From Schmidtea polychroa (Eukaryota): 64,000 nucleotides of DNA. Location: the NCBI GenBank assembly GCA_044892525.1, contig CM097886.1:97526001-97590000 (forward strand), in the 5' to 3' direction. Position numbers and translations under genes: made by a program. The notes beneath the pieces were generated by a model. It did not search any database. It was not told the origin of the DNA and saw nothing but the letters and a program-made list of their open reading frames with translations. Below are positions 12,901 through 24,900 of the stretch, one piece after another. The stretch's first letter is position 1. Each line of letters begins with the position of its first letter.

Positions 12901-15900
12901 CCAATTGTCAAAATCCACCAGGTGAGCTGGGCTAGTTTACATTCTGCATAGCTGAAGGACCACATCTAACAAGTCCTGTCATTAAATCATTTGTCATGGG
13001 ATATGGTCAACGCCCTGCACCACTTAAAACAGCTAAATCTGGACCATTTGATTCAAGTTGTCTAGGCCCCTATGTTGTTCACGATGTTCAAGTTCAATTG
13101 GTTCATCTGACTGATTATCGGGAACATTTATATCCTGGATATCAACATTTTCAATCATATCATTCGACTGATCTTGATTACTTAGCTCAGCGGCCTCAAC
13201 CCCAGTTGGCAGATCACCTGGCAGAAAGACATCATTATGGACATAAGGAGATAAATAAACTGCATCGCCACGATCATCTAAATCAGATAGGCCAACAACT
13301 GTTTTGGTGCTATGAAATGAAATTAAAAAAAGACTGATAGTAGCAGAACTATCGGCATCTTGTGTTCGAGCTTCTATGCGTTTCTTGTATTCCTATCTAC
13401 TTAGCTTTTTTCTTTTTTTGTTAAAAATCGCAATAGTCTGTTTCAAATAAATGGAAATATAAATTATTGTTACAAATCAAATTTATTTTACTGTCACTTT
13501 TAATCTTAGTTTAACCACTTACCGGGTGATTTTTTTTTCATGTTTTCGGTCAAAAAAAACTTTTTTCTTTAAATCATTAAATAATCATTATATAAATTAT
13601 TATATAATCAAAATATAACGTAAATATATTTTTTTTAATTTTCCGAGTTTGTATTCACTAATTATTAATTATTGTTATTATATATCAAAGTGCACACACA
13701 CATGCACAAACAAAAAATCAGTTTGAAAAACACGAAATGTCCGAAGAACGAAGTGAAACAATTCAAAAACGATGCAGTCGCGCGCGTGGTTATTGGACAA
13801 CTGATATTTTAGAAAATATGAAAAAAATACGAACCTGGAATTCATGTGTGTATAGCCGAAAATTCACATGTGTTTATAAAAAAAATGACCTAAGAAATGG
13901 CAGTTTAAAACATAAATATCGTAAAATAATGTTGTTCGAAATATCGCTCATATGTAAGTCCACGCCCGGGATCAGATTTCTTATTCAAAGGACAATATCT
14001 TTTCTATATCAGTTTGCGCTCACATGTGAGCGCTCGCCCGAAATGGTACACATTTTTTGCACTCATATTTGAGCGCGCGCCCGGCAAGTGGTTAATATAA
14101 ATATGCACTTTATATTTGCGTTAAAAATGGAAAGATTAACGAATGTCGAATGTTGATTAAAAACATTAATCAACATTTGTTCAATGATTACAACAGAATG
14201 GTGTTTCCATTATGTTAATTCTTTTTTGAATTTTCTAATCACTACTTTGCTTAACTGTTTGTTGCAAAGCTTGTGACTTCCCAAGTGGACTTTCAAACTA
14301 CTCATCCATGTAAAATATTTTGTTGCCCCGATTACAACAGAATGGTATCTCTCCTGTGAGAATTCTCATATGGTGCTTCACAGTACTAGATTGTTTAAAG
14401 TACTTGCGCCTTGCTGCACAGAATCTCAATATAAATTTGTATCATTCAAGTGAATTTCTATTTTTTTATTTGTTAAATTATAACTTTAAATTACAGTTAC
14501 AATTTAACAAATCAAAAATAGAAAATCACATAAATGACACAAAATTATAATATCAACTAATTAACAACATTATGTAACATGATTGTTATATGCAAATCTT
14601 AAAACACTAGTACACTACTTACATATTCACCTAACAGAAATAATGAAATATAACTTCATCATTCAACAGCTAAATTCATTTTATATTAGTTGGCGATTAG
14701 TATATTTCAGAAATCTTTTATATATCCATAATTTAATAATTTCTCATTTAAATTTATAGTAATAGCTTATTGTAATTATTAATTTGAATTATTTAATATT
14801 CACCTTCAAAAGTCCCACATTCTCTTGGAAGTTTCTCAAAGGGGCGAATATTTAACTAGGCACTTTGTTGTATTTCCGGTTTCGTGTTTAATAAAAGGTG
14901 AACGGAGTTTATAATGTAAGAGAATTAGACTTCTTAGACTAGGTACGCAAGGCATCGGTTCAGTTACAGTATAGTACAATTCGGTAGTATTAGTCACAGT
15001 TGACGGTTGGTATCACTTTGTGAATTGTTAATTTAAAATAATTTGATTTTTTTAAACCGAAAATGCCGCCTTTAGGCCCAGTGCTGCCTGGGGGGTTCCT
15101 TTCCGTGCCCTCCTCACTACGCCACTGGACACATGGTGTTATGAATCTAAGAAATACAGAAATTTAGTAGATTTCTTATATATTATATATTTCAAAATAT
15201 TCCTTATTTATTCATAGACGGTGATTTATTCGATGGTCAATGAAATTCGGTTTTCAAACGTTGAGGTGTTTTCAGCAGGGGATTGAATATTTCAAGTAGT
15301 GTGGTAAAATGATTTAAATAGTAAATAATAAAAATTATGAAAAAACTTAAATAAATGTTAAATATTTATAAGTAAAGATAACTTTAAATAATGATTTTTT
15401 AAATTATATTAAATTTTGAATGTTTAATTTTAAATATTAAAATAGTAAAATAGTTCTGAAAAAGTTCGTATTATTAATAAACTTTTGGATTATGACTTTA
15501 TCCAATGAAGACGTCTTAAAAAACAATTTTGAAGATTTTCTTCATTAAAAAACTATTCCTGAGCGATTCCAATTAGGTGACGATGTCGAAACATTTATCA
15601 AAGAATGTGACGACATTTCAAAATGGTACTCAAACAGCAAGTGTTATAAGGAAAGATTGCGGAAAGAATTTATCAGGAAAACAACTTTGGCAGAGGATTT
15701 GCAATTACCTATGTTCTATAAACAAACAAGCGAGGAACCTGAACACAGACATCAAGGAAAGCAGTTACATGCGGAAAACACAAACATGTAAAAAGCGAGT
15801 GTCAACTAGCGCAGAGAAAGATAGTACATATTATGTATGTGACACTCCAAGTCATCTAAGAAGAGATTTGCAAAAAAATAATGTGCAAGAGATGTAAGTT

Positions 15901-18900
15901 GGACGGTCATAAAGAGCAGGCACCAGGGGCAATACAAAGGAGGTAACGGGTATCAAGGAATGAGAGACGAGACAAGACAAGTAAACAAAAGATGAATGGC
16001 ATTCATAAATGAACAAGTTTATGAAAGAATATAAAATGTATATCGAGAATACCTCAAAGTTAACATCCTGATAGAAAAAGAGATAATAGAGTAAATTACA
16101 CTGACTTCCAAATTATCAAATATAGTAAAAGTAGAATGATCGATATTATAGATTAATATGTGAAGGATTCAGAGGTAACGGAATGTGGAAAGTAAACCGA
16201 TTCATAAGGAAGGATTTTGCAGAAAGAGAAAAAAATAGAAATATTCACATTAGATGAATGGGAAAATTACATTATCAGTTATGATAAAATTCAAGGCCAA
16301 CCCCTCATGACTACTAGAATCTAAGATCAAAAGAAGACAAATTTGGTCGATACAGGAGCTACAGTAAATGCCATGAGTTGGAGTCAATTCGAGAAACTAA
16401 AAGATAAAGAACTAATAATTTCAATGTGCACGTTGAGATATACCAATAATAGTGTTTTGGAAACGAAAGGAAAAACAATATTAAAACTGTAAATAAATGT
16501 CACGAAAGAAAGGCAATGTGTACGATGGTAAGATATATGACTCTAGAGGTAATTGGTGGTATAGAGTTGCAAAAACAAATTGGTATACAAACAAAGTGTC
16601 CAGTAAAAGATGATGATAACAATGCACGATCATTTTTGCAGTATCGAAATGAAATTTGGGAAGACAATAACAAGGATGGAACAGTTTGAAAGAGCAAAGA
16701 ATACCCTAAATATAGATTATCCAGTATTATTGGGCATTATACAGAAGAATCAAAATGTGTTTATGGCTGATAAATGAGGTATCGGTTGCACAAATCTGTT
16801 AAAGTATAGAATAGAAACTCAAGGAAAACCGATAAATATGGAATTAGTGAAACGGCAATTTATTAATATTCACATTGAAAACTTTTCAATGCTCTTTAAA
16901 TGAATTTACTGACAATCAAACAAAACTGATTATTTAATCAAAATTTAGTATCAGTTTAATGAAAATAAATGAAATATTAAAAGAAGTCAGATCAAAAATG
17001 AGCCAAAAGTTTTTATAATTAGTTATTTGTTTAATAATAACATTTAAAGAAGACATAGCTGAGAAAATTTGTATTAAATAAAAAGTCGAAAGTTAATCTA
17101 TTAATTGAAACTAAATGAAAATAAATGAAAACTCAAATGAGAAAAGGATAAATATTAATGATAATACCAAACAAAATATATTAACTTATAACTTTATACC
17201 TAGCATGTTTAAATACAAGACATTTACTTGTCCCCAAAAGTAGTTATCACTGATTGAACGAGGTCTTTTGCCGATATAACAACCGAAGTTGATCTTTTGT
17301 GAAGAAATAAAATGTTTCGTAGGTAAATGAACAGTGTTGTGATACCAATTTGGATTGTAACTTGCTTCGTCATAAATTGGTGACAAAGTATAATCATTGT
17401 TGCCTGTACAACATTAATTAAATATCATAATGAAAGGAAAATAAGATATTTAAAATTTTGACAATAAAAATAATTTATTTCTTATTCATTCATTTCCTTA
17501 GCAATTCATCAACTCTTATCAAATATCCCATCATATATACAACTAAGGGAAATACGAGTTTCTATGACACCTTATATAAGTTGATACTCCATGATTTATA
17601 ATTTTATCCGAAACGGTGGTTATGAAATCATCTCTAACGAAAGTACCGTAAATATAGGAAGCCCCTAATTTAACAAATATAAATGCTTATAAAAGACGTC
17701 CAAGTAGACAGATATAGGCACTCCAGAATAAATGGATATTACATAATAAAGACATAAGCATTTTTACATAATTAAAGAGTCTGACCATGTTTTGAGTGTA
17801 GCAATATATAGACAGAAATTAATTTACATATTATTCAAATCCTCAAACGAACATCAGATCACAACTGATTGGAGTTATACGAAATATAATTGAATCAATA
17901 ATTAGTCATTGATCTTGAATGACAAATTAATTGTTTATGATAAATTAACTTCGTCGGATACTGTTCCTATAAACGCAAAAACAAATATTAGAGATATTTA
18001 AACTCACAAGTTTTCAAACGAAATAAAAAATTATAGATACAAATAAATTTTTTTGAAAAATGTAAATTATTTAATTCTATGTTTACTTTTAATTATTAAA
18101 CACTATTATTATTAGAAACTATTAGATTTTGTTTATCTTGATTCATTTTTGGTACTAATCTCATTTATGATCACTATTCTACATATACATATTTCGATGT
18201 CTGTTGAAAACATTAATTTTTTCATCATGGTCATGACAAATAAAGGATTTAAAGGAAAAAAAAAGATTATTATCAGCAGTACATAATTTACATATTTAAA
18301 AAATGTTTAACACGAAGCATTTATACTCTGGCAGTAGAATAAGACAGCTTCCAGCTGAGTTTAGCCACGATGAGTGGAATATGGTGGCAAGAAATGAAGA
18401 TATTTGACAAACCACTATCAATATCAGTAAGTAACAACAGTCAGAGGCTCGAATTGCGGAGAATAACCCACTAGGTGTCCGACTTGAAGTTCATAACTGA
18501 ACTTGCAAAGAGCAATATTGAATGAATTCTAAAAATTCATTTTGAAAAACTCAAGTCTGTCTCTGCAAAATGTGTTTCCTATAACCGAACTAACAAACAA
18601 AAGTGAGCAAGAATTGAAAAATGCCGTATACTTTTAGAATGCTGTCAACATCGGATTACCAAGAAAATATATTCATAGCCGATGAGGAATGGATTTATTA
18701 CCGTTTCATTTCTGATTCACAACAGACAAGAACATGGCTCCTTTTTGATGGCCACATTTGTTTAGACTCATGATCTCCAAATGAAAAGTTAATATAATTT
18801 TTACGTCGAACTTTGTTAGTGAGTGTTACTTTGAGCTTCTACATGATGGTGATACTGTAATCTCGCAACAATACACCGATGTTATTGAAAATAAGCTGAC

Positions 18901-21900
18901 GGCACGGAACATTGATGCTATTCACAGACAGTTGATTTCTTGGTTGCATGACTCCACGTGCAACTATTGCCACTAGAGAATTATGATGAAACATCTTCAA
19001 GAACTTTGAATTCTTTAGAAAAGCAAATATTTAAAAAATATCAAATGAAATTGAATAATATCTTCAAGAGTTTAAAGCTCAATCGACTCCTGAGAAATTA
19101 ATAAAAGAGCTTAAAGAATCCGGGAAGCATTTTGAAGAAGTTATTAGAAAAAAAACGGAAATATATAAACATTTGTTTTCCCTTACTTATTGTTTATGGT
19201 AAATAAATGTTCACTGTAATAACCTGAAATTCTTTTTGTTAATCCCTGTATAAAAATAATTTTCAGAAGATTGCATATATAATAATATATTACGTAACAA
19301 ATATTCATAAAATATTGCCAAAATGACTAGCCTATGGTTCCGGTATAATACTGAATACTGGACATGCGTTTCATAATCGATGCCTCCTCCATAGGAACAT
19401 ATTTAAATCCAATATCATTCTTGCAAATCCTCACCATAAAGCTCTAACTATCAAATGAAAAACTCAACGGCTTTTTATATCCTACCTGCCAAGAGTTTCG
19501 ATCTTCTTGATTATTTAAGCCGTACTGATTGTTAATCTCATGACCGAAAAAATAAAGATGTTTCTCCGTTTCTCTAACGACATTGATGAAATTGATGTCA
19601 CCTAAGCCCGTTTTCAAGTCTTACCAATTAATAAAGTAGAAAGAATTACTCGACAAAACCCAAGCCATTGCTGAAGGAAGTGTAAATAAATTTCGAAATA
19701 TCCTCCAATCACTATACATCATTGTAGAATTGTTGTTCGGCATGTCTGGATTTAATTTATCAGGCTTGTAGAGTCCCCAACCGGAACCGATATATAGGTT
19801 ATCCAACTGGTCTCTGTATGACACCATCGGTTCATTGATATATCGTCCACAACTCATCATGTTTACATCGACAAATTTTATGAATTTCAATGAAGTCTTG
19901 TTCACGGAAAAAGCCTAAATATTTACCTTCATTATATTACTTCAAATATTACTTGAATTGCTTGCACAGATAAAAGAAAGCATCACATCAAGATAAAAAG
20001 TAAAGCAAGCAGCATTTGTGAAAGTTTTGCTTGAAGCATGAAATGAAGGTTAGCAGAAGAAAGTTTAAAGTAAACCTAAAAATTGCCGTTAAACAAAAGT
20101 GTTGAAGAAACAGATTTTTTTTTCTGTCTATATATTGCTACACTCAAAACATGGTCAGACTCTTTAATTATGTAAAACTGCTTATGTCTTTATTATGTAA
20201 TATCCATTTATTCGGGAGTGCCTATATCTGTCTACTTGGACGTCTTTTATAATGGCAAATAGATCAAAATGAGGGGGGGCCCGAATGACGCTTTTAAATT
20301 AAAATAATTAGATAAGTGCTTCAAAATGTGGAAAGAGATGAAAGAATCTCGATTTTGTATCGTGCATAGAAATTGAGCTATTCAATCAGTAATGTACAAA
20401 TGCGTTCCAAATATGACGCAGGAGAAACTCTTAGAGTAACAGTTTAACATTGCCAAATCATGATCAACTGGCTTTTTTATATCTCTTGAACGATTAAATT
20501 ATTATACAATTTTCTGTATGAATTTATTTATCGTTCTGGTAATGATAATTGAATTGTCAGATATCCTAATTTGACAGCTCCAGATCTCAAATGAAAAGCC
20601 TCAAAGTGTAATCTTAATAATTTCCCCAAATTTGTGAATGTTAGGGAAACAAAAAAAATTAATTTTATGATATTACGGTGCTTAAATGTTAAATAATGGA
20701 ATATTAACTAACTCTTGGAAACGAACCAAAGGTTCCACAGACCCACAAAGTTTCATTATCCAACGTTTCGATACCTTTGATGAAACTGTTCATACAAATG
20801 AAATCCATGGTTTCCCAGTCACCGCTTGGAGTATGATAATGCTTATGTTGGTAATCAAATGAATTGGTGCGGTAAGAATCATTTATACTGAACAATGATT
20901 CTTACATAAATTTGTGATATTAACAAATTGAAATTAAAATCACAAATCGCTATTTTGTCCGAAATTAAGGCTAAGTTAATTAAGATAAATAGATAAATTT
21001 ATGGCTCAAATTTTTAAATAAGTAAATTAAGTAATAAATTTTGAAAGATGATGAGAATTGGTAGTAATAATTAAAGTTAAAGTAAATAAGTAAAGAATGG
21101 GTTCAAATTTTCAATTAAATAAATTAAGTAATCAATGGTCTAGAACAGGATTTACCAAACCTTTTCAGCGACGGAACACTTGGAAAATCCGAAAATTTTG
21201 GCGGAACACTTAGCTTACTTTTTAGTTTGGGTAACACTCCAGAATTTATTTACTTATTCAATATTTAACACATACATACATATTTTCAAGCTTTTTTATT
21301 AGATTTATGAACGATTTTTATGTGTTAGCAAGACTTACCGTTTTATTTATCTTGGCAATTAGCGTTGACCACACGTTTGTCATAATTCATGTACATACCT
21401 GAGAATGGTGTAATGAGCGTCTTTGGGATGATTGCGGTTGGTTTGGTTAGCTATAAAGATGTTGCGGGTGGTGTGAGTTGTGACTCTGGACGGGATTGCG
21501 TGAAACTGGTTTCCGCGCGATGTGTAAACACGAAAAAGCGAACTGTCCTTTCGCGCACCGAAGATCATACTAACAAGACTTCAGCGAATCAGGGTAAAAC
21601 AATCCCATCTGCCACATCTCTTTCATGCGCACAGGAAGAGAGATAGTCTTTTTCCCTCATTAAAAAATATTGGCACTTGTGAAAGACTTTTATTGCTGTA
21701 CCCAACTTCTATGTACTAAAAATATTCGCCTGTTCTTGACGTCATAAAACTCAATGAAGTTTAACCGTCGCTCGTTTTTCATTATGAAGTAGAATATGTT
21801 CAATTTTCTCAATTTACTCCAAATTTTTACGAAATATCTATTTAGGCTCCGCGGAACATGGGGAACCTAGGTCTATAATTTTAAATAAGTAAATTAAAGT

Positions 21901-24900
21901 AAGTATTTTAAATGTATTATCAAAAAGTTTTAATGATAGTGGGCTTTTGAGAAATGAAATTTTAAATGGAAATTTTTATGAAATAATTTTCAAAGGAAAA
22001 ATTAAATACAAATTTTTATTAAATTTATTTCAAAGAGAGATAAGGTAAATAAGATAAATAAATAAATGAAGAGCTAAATTTTAAAAATTAAGTAATAAAT
22101 TTTGAATTATGAGAATTGGTAGTAATAATCAATTTTTAAGCAAATTAAGGTCTAAGTTAATCAGATAAATTCAGGTTAGATTTTAAACTTAAGTAAATTA
22201 ATAGTTAAATTGAGTAAAATAAGGCTAAATTTGAAAGTTAAGGGCTATTTTTTAAAATTAAGTACAAGATTTGAAATAGGTAATATTTTAAAATTAAAGT
22301 AAGTGTAATTATTTTTAAATAGGTAAATTAATGTAAGAATTTTAAATTTATTATCAAAAAGTTTGAATAATAGTCGGCTTTTGAGAAATGAAAATTTTAA
22401 TGAAATAATTTTCAAAGACAAATTTAAATACAAATTTTGCTAATAACAATAATAATAATATTATTATTCCACCAAATACTAACAACTATGTACTTCTAAC
22501 AAACATCTAACCACTAGATACCAAACAACTAGGTACTATTTATAATCAGATATCAAATACTTACAACTAGGTACAATGTACTAACAACTAGGTACTAATA
22601 ACTAGATACTAACAACCAACAAATAACTAGATACCAAGTACTTACAACTAGCTAATAACAATTTAGTACCAACTAGTTACTAACAACTAGGCCCCAACAA
22701 CAAGCAACCAACTAGGTACCAGATACCAAGTACTAACTATGTCTCAAACAACTAGATACTAAACACTTACAACTAACTAAATATTCTTCATTGTATTTAT
22801 CAAATGCTTTTTAAATAAATTAATTTTTTTATTTGTATTAAAAAATATTTTTAATTACAATCAGTAGAAAAATCTTTTCTAAGTAAAATGTCTAAATTTA
22901 AGAAAAATGATGATTTCCGTCAAAAATAAATGAGAATAATTGTCAACTCAACCACTTTCAAACACCACGTGGAATTGAAAATAAAAATAATTTAAATAAA
23001 ATTACGAAAGACAATAGAATTCTAATTTTTTTTAAAGTCAATATTTCTCAACTTTTCTCATTGTCTGCTTATAACATTTTAAATAAAGATAAAATAATTT
23101 AAAGTATTACGGGAGGTATATTGCTAAATGAAAATATACTGAGAAGTGTTATTGATAAAACTTTAATCTTACTTTAATTATCTTATCGACTTGACAGACA
23201 TAAATGTGGCATAATAATAAGAATTTCGACAAAATTAATAAAATAAATTCATGAAAATATATTAATTGCATTTATTTAAAATTATTTCATAAAAAATACC
23301 ACTTTAATAAAAATATTTAGTTTTTTACACTAAATATTATCTAATCACTTATATCCTCCCACAAATATTTCTTTTAAAATTTACTAAATATTTTTATTAA
23401 AGTGATAATTTTTATGAGATAATTTTAAATAAATGCAATTAATAAATCTCAATTGTATCAATAACACTTCTCAGTATATTTTCATTTAGAAATTATACCT
23501 CCCGTAATCTATTAATGAATAATTCTACCACTTATCTAAGATTTTCACTCTTCTGAATTGCTTACCATTTTAGAATAAGATTTTTATCAAAGTTCTTATT
23601 TAGATTTGTGATAATTTGACTGATTCAATGATCAATTTGATGAAGTTATTGTTAATTGGTTTTATTATCCAACAGGATGTTTTGTCCCCAATGTGTACTA
23701 GTCGTAAGGGTACTGGGTTTTCAGTTTTAATGATTTTATTTGAATGATTATTTAGGCAAATTTGGTGTTTAAGGCATTCATTGGTAATTTTTTAGTGTTA
23801 TTGGTTTTAGGAAATATTTAACCTAACATTTTTGTGAATTTCATGTTGATTGAAAGAATATATCACATTTCAAGGTTTTAATGGTGATTTTAATTGAATT
23901 TCTTGATAATTTGCTGTATTTTTATTGATTTGTTTTTTAATTTAAAAAAAAATTATTTTTATTGACAGTTAGGTTAATAATTAGAGTAATCAAGTGATAG
24001 GATAAATTTTGATGGTGACTGTAACGATATACATATTTGCTTATAATAAGCTCTTCTTAATTCGATTTTTTCAATAACTATGGATTTTCTAAGAATATTT
24101 CCATTTACACATTGATGAACTTTTAAATATTGAAAATCGAAAGTTGAAACCAGCTTTTAACGAGAATTGAATTTTTGAGAAATATTTTAGGTGTAATTAT
24201 AAGAATTTAGATAATAATTAGTTGGAAATAAACATTGATAATGGGGGGGGGGGGGGGGCTATTGATTGTTCAAGTTATTCAGACAAGGATTTAATATCCA
24301 AATGATCCATGTCATTACATATCACACCGTGAATTGTATTTGATCGAGAAATAATGAAAAAATTTTTTATGAGGGTACCGAATGGTCATGTTGCAGAGGG
24401 TCATTATCTACCTACTTTCTATTATTGTAACATCATTGTCAACAAATGTTATACAATAATGCCATTACCCAAACCATTTTATCATCATTGTTTGTACGAA
24501 GTTACGTTAATTATCTTATCGACTTGATAGACATAAATGTGGCATAATAATAAGAATTTCGACAAAATTAATAAAATAAATTCATGAAAATCTCTTACTG
24601 ATTCTGCTTCCAGTTTAAACAAGTGTCAAACGCTAGAGAAGTCGGATTGCCAGTAATTTCACTTGGAAATTCAATTATTCTAAATTTGAATCCAATATCT
24701 GATCCGTTGAAAATTTCTGGCGGGAAATTATACCTTTCATTGGCCAATAGGTGAAGCTTGACATTGACGCAATTAACCAAAATTTATTAAATGTTTACAT
24801 AGTTCTAAATTATTTATTATATATACAAAATTGTCTAAGGTCGCTAGTCCAATTTGTGAAACAATATATCATTCAAAATGGAACTGGGCTCAATAAGCAA

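Larger units (their letters stand above)
10195..15127 (-). mobile_element. hAT (Tip100/DUF4371-ZMYM1-like) DNA transposon, decayed, with nested insertions
   Basis: 16-bp TIR CAGTGGCGTAGTGAGG at 10195 and its reverse complement ending at 15127; 8-bp TSD gacatatg / gacacatg (1 mismatch); internal transposase remnants. Confidence 0.9.
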
